Positions 1-9,510 of a DNA stretch of 64,000 bases are shown here, one piece after another (positions within the stretch are counted from its first letter, which is position 1; every line of letters begins with the position of its first letter). The translations under genes were made by a program, and so were the position numbers. The stretch comes from Paludibacter sp. Its GTDB lineage: Bacteria > Bacteroidota > Bacteroidia > Bacteroidales > Paludibacteraceae. The notes under the pieces were generated by a model. The model was given only the letters and a program-made list of their open reading frames with translations, was not told the origin of the DNA and made no database searches. Location: contig NZ_WASO01000009.1 of NCBI RefSeq assembly GCF_009712605.1, positions 143,990 to 207,989 on the forward strand, given 5' to 3'.

Positions 1-858
1 GGCGTCGGTCGGAAAGACTTCCTGCACCAGCTCCATTTTGCTCAGGCTATCAATCAAACGCTTCCGTTCTTTCAGCAGCAATGACACCCATTCTGCCTTG
101 CGATCGGCCTGTTCAAGTTCATCCATTACTAAGCGTTGCGTTAGCATGTTGATGTTATAGGGATATTTCACCTTATTATAAAGATCAATGATCTCTTCGG
201 ACGCAAAGGCCATTCCCAAACGAACTCCGGCCAGTCCCCAGGCTTTAGAGAAAGTCTGTAATACAATCAGTCGAGGGTATTTCTGCAATTCGCCCAACCA
301 GCTCGGTTCTGAAGAAAAATCGATATAAGCTTCGTCAATTACCGTAATTCCTTTGAAACCATGCACAATTTTCAGCATTTCCTTACGGTTAAGCAGGTTG
401 GCTGTAGGATTATTCGGTGAACAAAGAAAAATCGCTTTGGTATTTTCATCCGCAGCGTCGATCACACGTTGTGCATCGAGGGAATAATCGGCATTGAGAC
501 GAACTTTACGGTATTCCACATCATTGATATCAGCGCTCACCTGATACATGCCGTAAGTAGGATCGATGGCTACCACGTTATCCTGTCGCGGTTCACAGAA
601 AACACGAAACACAAGGTCGATCGCCTCATCGCTACCATTACCCAGAAACACCTGCCCCGGATGGACACCTTTTATCGCAGCAATACGTTCTTTTACTGTC
701 CATTGCAATGGATCCGGATAACGATTATACGGATAATTCAATGGGTTTTCGTTTGCATCGAGATAAGCTTCGGCTTCTCCTTTGAACTCGTCGCGGGCAC
801 AGGAATAAGGCTTAAGCGACAAAATGTTCTGACGAACTAATGAAGTAATTTCTGACAC
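1..858 (-). CDS. hisC: Histidinol-phosphate aminotransferase, partial. The C-terminus lies beyond the window start and a GTG start is inferred.
   Basis: The minus-strand translation reads MSEITSLVRQNILSLKPYSCARDEFKGEAEAYLDANENPLNYPYNRYPDP ... FSKAWGLAGVRLGMAFAS, which matches HisC N-terminal and PLP-lysine-region motifs. The ORF has no in-window stop at its 3' end. The ATG-initiated 469..840 plus-strand ORF is antisense to this gene. Confidence 0.6.
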   Translation of the reverse strand, partial: MSEITSLVRQNILSLKPYSCARDEFKGEAEAYLDANENPLNYPYNRYPDPLQWTVKERIAAIKGVHPGQVFLGNGSDEAIDLVFRVFCEPRQDNVVAIDPTYGMYQVSADINDVEYRKVRLNADYSLDAQRVIDAADENTKAIFLCSPNNPTANLLNRKEMLKIVHGFKGITVIDEAYIDFSSEPSWLGELQKYPRLIVLQTFSKAWGLAGVRLGMAFASEEIIDLYNKVKYPYNINMLTQRLVMDELEQADRKAEWVSLLLKERKRLIDSLSKMELVQEVFPTDA

Positions 859-1071
859 GGCAATAATTATCTGTGTTAATATTCAATTGAATAGCACAAA
901 GACTATCCGAATGCAAAGTTACGAAATATAGTGGAAAATAGAGTCCGAAGTACAGTCTATCATGCATCAACCCTTCTGATGGATAAACTCCCAATTACAA
1001 ACAGTTTCCCGAGATGAAAAAAGCCCTGCAAAAATGCAAGGCTTCTATGTGTTTATGAGTCTGTTATCTAT

Positions 1072-2199
1072 TTAAGCTACAGCTTCAACAACCAGCTCTT
1101 TTGTGGACACGCCTCTTTTCGAGACTTCAGCATTGAATTCGCCTACTATTTCATCGACCACTTCCTGTACGTACGAGATTTTTGTAGCACGGTAACCGTT
1201 AGATCCCGAAAAAGCAAAACCTTCGTGCATCCTGCCCTGCGACGCATTGTACAAGGCAAGCGCGATGCAATAAGGAGCTTTCTTGTAATCGCATGAACTC
1301 AGGCAATTCCACACACACTTGAACGGCTTGGTATTTCCTTTCAGAATTTCGCCTACAAATTCGTTACGGATAACCCTTCCCGGCAGTCCCACTGGACTTT
1401 TGATAATGGTTATGTCTTCTTCTTTACAGGCAAGATAAGTTTCTTTAAATGCCAACGCCGCATCACATTCGTGTGTAGTAACAAAGCGTGTTCCGAATTT
1501 TACTCCCTTTGCTCCCGACTGCATGATTTCGTACATATCTTTGCCGGTATAAACTCCTCCGGCAGCAATAACAGGAACCTCTTTACCAAATTTTTCTTCA
1601 AAAACTTTCACTTCTGCAACGGTATCTTCAATCAGCTGACGCAAAGGAACCACATCGCCCACTACTTCGTCGGCTTTGAATCCAAGATGACCTCCGGCCA
1701 ACGGACCTTCAACCACTACAGCATCCGGGATACGATTGTATTTATTGGCCCAGTACTGGAAAATAAGTTTGGCTGCTTTACCCGATGATACTTTTACGGC
1801 AAGCTTGGTATGAAAGTCGGTAAGGCCGGCTTCTGCGAGCATTCCAGGAATACGCAAAGGCAATCCGGCACCCATAATTACAAGATCCACCTTTTCTTCA
1901 ACAGCAACCTGAATCAACGCTTCGTGATCGGTAAGCGCCATCATAATATTGACTCCGATTAGGCCGTCGGTAAGACTGCGGGCTTTTCTGATTTCTCGCT
2001 GTAACGCTCTTTTGTTTGCTGCACGGTAGTTACGCATGTAGTCTGGCTCGGTCATTCCAATGGCCGCAGCCGAGATTACTCCTATTCCACCTGCATTAGC
2101 AACAGCAGACGCTAATCCTGACATCGAAATGGCAACTCCCATTCCACCTTGTATAATTGGCAAACGTGCCTCAATATCCCCTATTCTCAATGGTTTCAT
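1072..2199 (-). CDS. Nitronate monooxygenase / FabK-like FMN-dependent oxidoreductase (NPD family)
   Basis: MKPLRIGDIEARLPIIQGGMGVAISMSGLASAVANAGGIGVISAA and VIAAGGVYTGKDM match the FabK/2-nitropropane dioxygenase TIM-barrel motifs. The start is trimmed to the internal Met at MKPLRIGD. There is a Cys-containing C-terminal extension. Confidence 0.6.
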   Translation of the reverse strand: MKPLRIGDIEARLPIIQGGMGVAISMSGLASAVANAGGIGVISAAAIGMTEPDYMRNYRAANKRALQREIRKARSLTDGLIGVNIMMALTDHEALIQVAVEEKVDLVIMGAGLPLRIPGMLAEAGLTDFHTKLAVKVSSGKAAKLIFQYWANKYNRIPDAVVVEGPLAGGHLGFKADEVVGDVVPLRQLIEDTVAEVKVFEEKFGKEVPVIAAGGVYTGKDMYEIMQSGAKGVKFGTRFVTTHECDAALAFKETYLACKEEDITIIKSPVGLPGRVIRNEFVGEILKGNTKPFKCVWNCLSSCDYKKAPYCIALALYNASQGRMHEGFAFSGSNGYRATKISYVQEVVDEIVGEFNAEVSKRGVSTKELVVEAVA

Positions 2200-2291
2200 A
2201 ACTGATTTTGAAATTTCGCACAAAAGTAGCGGCAGATAAAATCACTCTGAAAAAATAGGGTCGATCGAATGGTTATTAGGGGTAAAAAATC

Positions 2292-2326
2292 GCTTTAGGG
2301 ACGAATTTCGTTGCTTTAGGGACGAA
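2292..2326. promoter_or_regulatory. Tandem direct repeat GCTTTAGGGACGAA x2 with a 21-bp period, in the upstream region of the FabK-like gene and just 3' of the LytTR gene
   Basis: The exact 14-mer is repeated at 2292-2305 and 2313-2326. A direct-repeat spacing of about 21 bp is the architecture bound by LytTR-domain regulators. Confidence 0.35.
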
Positions 2327-2388
2327 ATTTGGAGACAAAAAAAATGCCCGAAATGATTTACTCGGGCACTGAAGCGGTCAAAAAGGAG

Positions 2389-3249
2389 TCAAATCAACTC
2401 CTGCAGTTTTGCTACCGATGGTTTGGAAACCGGAATCGGATAAGATATATTTTCTATAAAGAGTTTGTAGCCCTGAGAACTTCCTTCTATGCGGTCAATA
2501 AAATTGATGTTGACCAAATATGAACGGTGGCATTTCACAATAAACTTGTATTCTTTCAGAAGATTTTCGGCATAAACCAAACTACACCGCACCATCTGGT
2601 TTTTGATATTTTCGCCCTCTTTCCAAAAAACCTCAACATAATTGTTTGCCGAACGGATAAACAACAGCAAGCTTACCTTCACGGCCAGACTATCTTTTTG
2701 ATAATCGGAATTAAAATAGACAATCTTGTCCTGAATGGACTTATGGTCTTTCAGCTTTTTACTCAACTCGTCGGCCACTTTCAGGTGCGCACGCAGCATC
2801 TTATTATGATTCAACACAATAACAAGCGTAATTGGAATAACAGCCACCAATACAAGCTTCACAACCAAATCGAAACCTATCTTGAGGACACCCAGCATAT
2901 TGTTGAGTATAAAATAAGAGGCCAGAATGGTAAACAAGATCCACACATCCCACAACACCTCTTTCCCGATATTCCATTTAGACGATGCGAAAAATTTCGG
3001 GAAGAATGAAGGCAACAACAACAAGTGAAAGCTCAACGACAGAAATGTCACAATCGACAAGCCGGCAATCAGATACAACTTCGGCTTAGCCGGCAACAAG
3101 CTAATGTTAAACGGTTGAAAAAGCCACAAGAAGCCAAGAATAACAATGCTGATAAAAAAGACAATCTTGCTGTTGTAGCTCAAATCATCGTTGAACGGAT
3201 ATGGTTTTTTGAAAATATTCTGCATGTAATGGTTGTATCGTAATGACAC
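2389..3249 (-). CDS. LytTR-family DNA-binding protein with N-terminal transmembrane segments
   Basis: The C-terminal ~100 aa contains CHRSYLVNINFIDRIEG, a LytTR motif. The N-terminal half is hydrophobic. Confidence 0.65.
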   Translation of the reverse strand: MSLRYNHYMQNIFKKPYPFNDDLSYNSKIVFFISIVILGFLWLFQPFNISLLPAKPKLYLIAGLSIVTFLSLSFHLLLLPSFFPKFFASSKWNIGKEVLWDVWILFTILASYFILNNMLGVLKIGFDLVVKLVLVAVIPITLVIVLNHNKMLRAHLKVADELSKKLKDHKSIQDKIVYFNSDYQKDSLAVKVSLLLFIRSANNYVEVFWKEGENIKNQMVRCSLVYAENLLKEYKFIVKCHRSYLVNINFIDRIEGSSQGYKLFIENISYPIPVSKPSVAKLQELI

Positions 3250-3301
3250 TGTTATAAATCAATATATTAAGACAACACGCTAAACGGAAGCAAAATCCGG
3301 T

Positions 3302-4183
3302 TTAGCAAAGAACCTGAACCAGTTTACGGATATGTTCGGGTGTTGTACCGCAACATCCGCCTATAATATTAGCTCCGGCAGCGGCAAGGCCGGGAGCAAC
3401 GGATGCCATCATGTCCGGCGTTTCAGGAAACGAGGTGCACCCATCTTTGAAAACCGGCATCCCGGCATTGGCATGAATCAGCACCGGAATATTCTTATCT
3501 ACCGAGCGAATCTCTTCTGTAATTTTTACCATTCCCTCAATACCGTTGCTACAGTTGGCTCCAATGATATGAGCACCTGCTTCTTTCAGTGCATCAACCA
3601 TTTCGGTCGGCGAAACGCCCATCATGGTACGGTATTCGTCGGTAACGGTTTTATCAAATGTCATGGTACAAATCACTTCGCAGGGTGTATTTTCACGTGC
3701 AGCTTTTACGGCAATCGTGGCCTCGTCAATCGCTGTCATCGTTTCAATCACAATGGCATCAGCACCACCTTCATACAACGCCACCGATTGTTCTTTGAAG
3801 GCTTCGTATAATTCTTCTTCGGTGACATCACCCATCATCAGCATCTTTCCGGTAGGACCAACAGAACCCAACACATATTTGTCTGCGCCCGCCGCTTTGC
3901 GCGAAATTTCGGCAGCCTTACGGTTAATCTCCGTCACGTTTCCTTCCAAACCGTAATTTTGCAGTTTGAAACGATTGCCCCCGAAGCTGTTGGTTTCTAT
4001 CATATCGGCACCTGCGGCAATATAGCTTACAGCAATATCGAGCACATCGTCCGGACGATCAACATTCCATTGTTCGGGACATTCGCCCGGGTTCAGACCC
4101 TTTGCCTGCAAAAAAGTTCCCCAAGCGCCGTCGGATATCAACGTCTTGCCTTCGGCTACAAGTTGAGATAAAGATTGTTTCAT
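3302..4183 (-). CDS. Homocysteine S-methyltransferase domain protein (stand-alone Hcy-binding domain, MmuM/MetH-N like)
   Basis: LISDGAWGTFLQ, ETNSFGGN and GGCCGTTPEHI are Pfam S-methyl_trans zinc-binding Cys motifs. Confidence 0.65.
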   Translation of the reverse strand: MKQSLSQLVAEGKTLISDGAWGTFLQAKGLNPGECPEQWNVDRPDDVLDIAVSYIAAGADMIETNSFGGNRFKLQNYGLEGNVTEINRKAAEISRKAAGADKYVLGSVGPTGKMLMMGDVTEEELYEAFKEQSVALYEGGADAIVIETMTAIDEATIAVKAARENTPCEVICTMTFDKTVTDEYRTMMGVSPTEMVDALKEAGAHIIGANCSNGIEGMVKITEEIRSVDKNIPVLIHANAGMPVFKDGCTSFPETPDMMASVAPGLAAAGANIIGGCCGTTPEHIRKLVQVLC

Positions 4184-4391
4184 GATTGATGCTGTCGTTT
4201 TAAAGCGTGTGCAAAAATACGATATTTACTTCACAGAAAAACATCAATTTTGTCTCCTGATATTTTTCGCAAATCAAATACACATATTATGTTAATATTC
4301 CATGCAGTATTTTGTTGTTTTAAATAAATATCATCATATTTGAAAAACAGAAAACACTTAGTACTAACTATCAATAATCTAACACACCATC

Positions 4392-5354
4392 ATGAATCTA
4401 TTTTACAAATTTCTTTTCATATGTGGTTTCTTTGGCCTCGTTCATCAAACTACATTAACCGCTCAAATCAAAGACATTAACATCACATGTAAATACAACG
4501 CGACCGACAAGAACTTTATTGTTTCATATGAAAAACGAATACCCGGCACTTACATGATTTACGTCAAATTCACTCAACTGGAAAATGCTTTTGACCCTCA
4601 CTTTAGCGATGCAATTGATGGCAATACCGGCACTTTGTTTACCCTGAAACCAATTGACAGCAATCATCCTATTCGTTTCTCGTATCAATTTTCTTACTTA
4701 ATGGGAACAACCATCAGCAAAGCCGATAGTATGTTTACATATACGTTGCCTTTCAAACAGGGTCGTGAAGTGAAACCTAATGAGATGTCGTATCTGTGGA
4801 AACAGTACATGAATAAAGTACCGCCGAAGAACTGGAAATCCTTTATGTTTTTATCTAACAAAGCGGATACTGTTTGTGCTGCACGTAAAGGAATTGTAAT
4901 CAAAGTAGATGTTAGCAAGGATGCGGACTCTCTTACAACCCAATATCATAGCAATGCAAATACCATTTTAGTAGAACACGCAGACGGAACACTGGCTGAC
5001 TATACCGGCTTTGCTAAAAACGGCAACTTTGTGAAGGAAGGAGATACTGTGTATCCACAAACCCCACTTGGAGTATTGGGCTATTATGATGCGCAGAAAA
5101 ATTATCAACTCCGCTTTTCGATCTTTCATTTATCAGGAGAAAGACCTAAATTCGAAGAAAACAGAACGCTACAAAATATGCAATGCTATTATGAATATAT
5201 CAATCCATTTTTCATGACCGGAGAAGGAATTACTCGCTTGACCAATGGCAAAAAATACACTACAGTTGTAAACGAGACTGCAATTATTGCCGAAATGACG
5301 AAACGTGAAAAAAAGAAACGACAAAATCAGCTGACTATTCCTGAGAAAAAATGA
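4392..5354 (+). CDS. Secreted protein with a degenerate M23 (LytM-like) peptidase domain
   Basis: There is an N-terminal signal peptide. The segment GIVIKVD...ILVEHADGTLADYTGFAKNGNFVKEGDTVYPQTPLGVLG resembles the M23 beta-fold, but the HxH catalytic motif is not evident. Confidence 0.4.
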   Translation: MNLFYKFLFICGFFGLVHQTTLTAQIKDINITCKYNATDKNFIVSYEKRIPGTYMIYVKFTQLENAFDPHFSDAIDGNTGTLFTLKPIDSNHPIRFSYQFSYLMGTTISKADSMFTYTLPFKQGREVKPNEMSYLWKQYMNKVPPKNWKSFMFLSNKADTVCAARKGIVIKVDVSKDADSLTTQYHSNANTILVEHADGTLADYTGFAKNGNFVKEGDTVYPQTPLGVLGYYDAQKNYQLRFSIFHLSGERPKFEENRTLQNMQCYYEYINPFFMTGEGITRLTNGKKYTTVVNETAIIAEMTKREKKKRQNQLTIPEKK

Positions 5355-5384
5355 TGTAATTTTGCTGTTCAAAACAGACACGAC

Positions 5385-5843
5385 ATGAATCAAAACTTTC
5401 AACCCGAAATTACAGACAATTTTTTTGAAGTACAAGAATCCCGTACAAAATTCATGATTTTGGGGTGCGGTGCGCTTGTTGTTGCTGTTTTTTTGCTTTC
5501 ATTTACTCCCCGTATCATCTCTGTGGTAACCCTGATAGGAGGACTTATCGCTTTTGTGGGTTTAGTAATGGTCTATAAGGCATTTCACATTAAGACGCTT
5601 TTACGGATAGACCGCAACGGCATCCTTACTTCCAGACAAGGAATGATTCCCTGGTCACAAATAAACGGCTACTCTTTTGACAACATATCCAAGAGCGCTG
5701 TACTGACGCTTCAGTGTCAGCCTCCACACGAAACAGTGCTCATTGATCTGTCAATGAGCACTGTCAAAAACCTAAAACAGGTAACGGATGCCATCGCATA
5801 CTATTCTGACAACCTGTTGACTAAAAACAAAGAAGAACAATAA
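5385..5843 (+). CDS. Hypothetical small membrane protein (two predicted TM helices)
   Basis: The ORF has hydrophobic stretches at LGCGALVVAVFLLSF and LIGGLIAFVGLVMVY. It lies directly downstream of the M23-like gene. Confidence 0.35.
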   Translation: MNQNFQPEITDNFFEVQESRTKFMILGCGALVVAVFLLSFTPRIISVVTLIGGLIAFVGLVMVYKAFHIKTLLRIDRNGILTSRQGMIPWSQINGYSFDNISKSAVLTLQCQPPHETVLIDLSMSTVKNLKQVTDAIAYYSDNLLTKNKEEQ

Positions 5844-5849
5844 CCTGCT

Positions 5850-7217
5850 TTATTTAACCACGGTCCCAATCTGGTTGTAGAATTCAACGATAGCGGTTAT
5901 TCCTTTGAAATAAAGATCGACAGGAAAATTTTCGTTCGGCGAGTGAATTGCATTCGACTCCAAACCGAATCCCATCAGTACGGTTTTAATGCCCAGCACC
6001 TTTTCAAAAGTGGCAATTACAGGAATACTTCCACCACGACGCACCGGAAGAGGCTTTTTACCGAATGCTTTTGTATAACCGGCTTCTGCGGCTTTATACC
6101 ATGGCATATCCACAGGACAAACATAGCTATCACCGCCATGAATCGGGGTCACCTCTATAGCAATTGACTTCGGAGCCATGCTTTCCAGATGCTTTTTCAC
6201 CAGCAATCCTATCTGCACGTGATCCTGATGCGGCACCAAACGACAAGAAAGTTTGGCGTATGCTTTTGAGGGCAACACCGTTTTGGCACCTTCGCCGGTA
6301 TACCCGCCCCAGATTCCGCACACATCAAATGTCGGACGAATACCGGTGCGTTCGAGAGTTGAATACCCCTTTTCTCCCTGAACCTCTTTAATGTTCAACG
6401 ATCGCTTATAAGCCTCCTCGTCAAAAGGAATTTGCGCCATTGCAGCTCTTTCATCAGCCGACACCTCTTCCACGTCATCATAAAAACCCGGCACGGTAAT
6501 ACGTCCCTGATCATCGGTCATGGAAGCAATCAGTTTGCATAATTCGTTAATCGGATTGGCCACCGCGCCCCCGAAAATCCCTGAGTGCAAATCACGGCAC
6601 GGGCCTGTTACTTCTACCTGCCAGTAGGCCAAACCGCGCAGCCCGGTGGTAATACTTGGCATGTCAGCACCCAGCATACTGGTGTCAGACACCAGAATCA
6701 CATCTGCTTTCAGCAACTCTTTATTGGCCTGGCAAAACGCTTCGAGACTACCGGAACCGATCTCTTCTTCGCCCTCCAGAATGAACTTAACATTGCAGGG
6801 AAGTTTATTTTCCGAAAGCAAAAATTCCACCGCTTTGGCATGCATAAACGACTGACCTTTATCATCATCTGCACCGCGCGCCCATATTCTTCCGTCTTTA
6901 ATCTCCGCTTCAAAGGGGCTGGTATTCCACAGCTCCAACGGTTCCACGGGCATTACGTCATAATGTCCGTAAATCAATACGGTCGGCAGTGCCTCGCCCA
7001 CCCTCTTTTCAGCAAAAACGACCGGATTTCCTTCCGTGGGCATCACTTCTACACGATCCATTCCCAGTTGCTGCAACAATTCTTTCCAGCGTTCTGCACA
7101 CTTCAGCATATCCGGTTTATGTTCACTTTTAGCACTCACAGACGGGATTGCAATCATCGAAAAAAGTTCGTCAAAAATTCGCTGTTGATTCTGAGAAAGA
7201 TATTCTATCAATTCCAT
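5850..7217 (-). CDS. M20 family dipeptidase (PepV/ArgE/DapE superfamily)
   Basis: LIYGHYDVMP, ARGADDDKG, EGEEEIGS and the C-terminal dimerisation region are M20 signatures. Confidence 0.75.
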   Translation of the reverse strand: MELIEYLSQNQQRIFDELFSMIAIPSVSAKSEHKPDMLKCAERWKELLQQLGMDRVEVMPTEGNPVVFAEKRVGEALPTVLIYGHYDVMPVEPLELWNTSPFEAEIKDGRIWARGADDDKGQSFMHAKAVEFLLSENKLPCNVKFILEGEEEIGSGSLEAFCQANKELLKADVILVSDTSMLGADMPSITTGLRGLAYWQVEVTGPCRDLHSGIFGGAVANPINELCKLIASMTDDQGRITVPGFYDDVEEVSADERAAMAQIPFDEEAYKRSLNIKEVQGEKGYSTLERTGIRPTFDVCGIWGGYTGEGAKTVLPSKAYAKLSCRLVPHQDHVQIGLLVKKHLESMAPKSIAIEVTPIHGGDSYVCPVDMPWYKAAEAGYTKAFGKKPLPVRRGGSIPVIATFEKVLGIKTVLMGFGLESNAIHSPNENFPVDLYFKGITAIVEFYNQIGTVVK

Positions 7218-7815
7218 ACTATTAGTTATATTTTCAGTTAATATTCAATTACAATCAATTACACCGACATAAAAATACGGCCTCAAGATTGAAACCTTCA
7301 GGCAAAGATAAGCAAATCAACAACAGGAATGATATTCACTTTCAAAAAGAGAACATCCTATTCACTTATTGCAAACAACACCGAACAACAAAAAATTAAC
7401 ACTTTAACTTAAAAACACCATTCGGAATAGTTGCAAAAAACAACTAAATCATTATCTTTGCATCCGTAATTTTATAAATCAAAAAGATAAAATTACACCT
7501 CGCCACTGACACTTATCCGGTCAGTTTTTACTCTGGATGGCAACCCCCAATGTCTCCTAAGAGAAAAATATCAAAAAAGCTTTGTAAAGAAGCCTGTTAT
7601 TTCATTTCTGAATAATAAGGCTCAACAAATCTGGTAGACGAATACGATCAGTCATCCTCATTGATCTAAAGAAAAAAATCTCACAATTTTTCGGTGATGG
7701 CGCCAAGAACAAATGACGCCGTCGATTTTTCTCCTATCAATTGATCGGGAGCTTCATGCCTTTTTCAAACATATTTGATCAAACAAAGAACATTAATAAA
7801 CCATAGACTTATATT

Positions 7816-9450
7816 ATGATCGCCAAAACAAAATTCGGGTATCTGTTAGCAGTTATCGCTTCGATCACCTTATTTTCTTCCTGCGTCAACGACATCAATT
7901 TAAAAGATGTTGACGACACCATCTCGATGAATGGAGCAGTGGTATTTCCGTTAGCACAGTCGACTATTACGCTGAAAGACTTCATCGACAAGCTCAACAT
8001 TGAGAACATGACGGTGAACAGCAATAACGTCTTAACAGTGAACTACAAGCCAAGCACAAGCTATAGTTTCAATCTGAACATTTCGCCTTCCGACGTTTCA
8101 ATCAACACCACGACCCCGGCCACTTTATCGTCTAAAGCCGGGACAACCATTTCCGCGGCTACTTTCAACTCGCTAAGTCCATCCCAGGTTGCAGAGATTG
8201 ACCTGCGTTCACTAGCATCTACCAACATTACACGGCTTGACAGCATTTACATAAGCAATGCTACCTTAAGCTTCACTCTAAACACGAATATCAACTTCGC
8301 AACCAATCAGTTACAACTGACCGTTACACCTACGGCGGCTTGCTTTCCAAGCCTATCGCCAATTACTTTTACAAACGTAAGAAATGGTTCGGTTTGCACC
8401 ATTCCGCTCACCAATTGCTGGATTAAACCGCAATCCTCAAAAATATCGCTTTCAATAGCAACACACGCAACTTCCGGCAATATTTATGTTCCGGCATCTC
8501 CATCCCTGAACAGCTCTGCGGCCCTAAAGAATATCAGCTTTAAGTATGCTTTCGGTCAGTTTGCCTATAACCTTGCCTCTCAAACCGGCACATTCGATTT
8601 AGGATTTCTGAATGATGTTATCTCGCAGACCAGCTATTTGCCCTTTCAAAATCCTTCATTTAAGCTGACCTGCTATTCTAACGCGCGTATCCCGATGCAA
8701 CTGAATATCGATTACATAAAGAGCTACAACAACAGTTCTCCGTCAAATGTCCGTTACGCCTCTTTCAGCGGATCGACGAGCACTTCCCAGTCGTTTTCAA
8801 AGATGCCATCCTCGCCCGGTAAAAGCGCAATCGATTCATTGATATTCAACAAAGCAAACGGAAATATCGACAATCTTTTCACCTTGCCCGGAATCAATAC
8901 CATCGCCTATTCCTTTGGTGCACAATCACAAACCGGCGGCATCACCAATCAATTCATAATGAGTAAGGATACGTTCACTATCTCTCCTTCGGTGAATATT
9001 CCGTTTGCCTTTAACGCGGGAGTAAATGTTCAAATGACTGACACTCTATCATTAGGCGATTCATTTACCGATTTCCTGAACAAAAATGACCTGCAAAACG
9101 TCAAACTCTGGCTGATTGCCAACAACTTCACATCCACTAAGGTAGTCATCGGATTAACCCTCCTCGATGCGAACAAACAGTCTTTCTCGACTACACAAAA
9201 CCTGACTCTCAACACAACTCTGAATATCAACAACACGACAGGCCAGGCTAATCAAACATCGACGACTACCGATCAACAGCTTAGTCTGGCATATTCCGCC
9301 GCTGACCTAAAAAAAGCACAGTACATCAAACTAAGTTATTCGCTTGCAGGGAAAGATCTAACAACGCCTCTCACGCTAACCTCTACCGATTTCATCAAAG
9401 TCAAGCTATGCGCTTACGTCAAAGGAAGTGCAAAACTGAACGACAACTAA
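7816..9450 (+). CDS. Hypothetical lipoprotein, Ser/Thr/Asn-rich
   Basis: There is a lipobox, LFSSC. The protein is 544 aa and of low complexity with an S/T/N bias. A long 5' leader precedes it. Confidence 0.5.
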   Translation: MIAKTKFGYLLAVIASITLFSSCVNDINLKDVDDTISMNGAVVFPLAQSTITLKDFIDKLNIENMTVNSNNVLTVNYKPSTSYSFNLNISPSDVSINTTTPATLSSKAGTTISAATFNSLSPSQVAEIDLRSLASTNITRLDSIYISNATLSFTLNTNINFATNQLQLTVTPTAACFPSLSPITFTNVRNGSVCTIPLTNCWIKPQSSKISLSIATHATSGNIYVPASPSLNSSAALKNISFKYAFGQFAYNLASQTGTFDLGFLNDVISQTSYLPFQNPSFKLTCYSNARIPMQLNIDYIKSYNNSSPSNVRYASFSGSTSTSQSFSKMPSSPGKSAIDSLIFNKANGNIDNLFTLPGINTIAYSFGAQSQTGGITNQFIMSKDTFTISPSVNIPFAFNAGVNVQMTDTLSLGDSFTDFLNKNDLQNVKLWLIANNFTSTKVVIGLTLLDANKQSFSTTQNLTLNTTLNINNTTGQANQTSTTTDQQLSLAYSAADLKKAQYIKLSYSLAGKDLTTPLTLTSTDFIKVKLCAYVKGSAKLNDN

Positions 9451-9510
9451 TTGTTGTACTGACTTGTATCAACTCAAATAAAAATTACATCAAAATAAAG
9501 CCGTCATATA

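Noticed and set aside
469-840. 123-aa plus-strand ORF
   Set aside because: It is antisense to the hisC coding region, whose minus-strand translation gives clear HisC motifs. No support remains for the plus-strand ORF.
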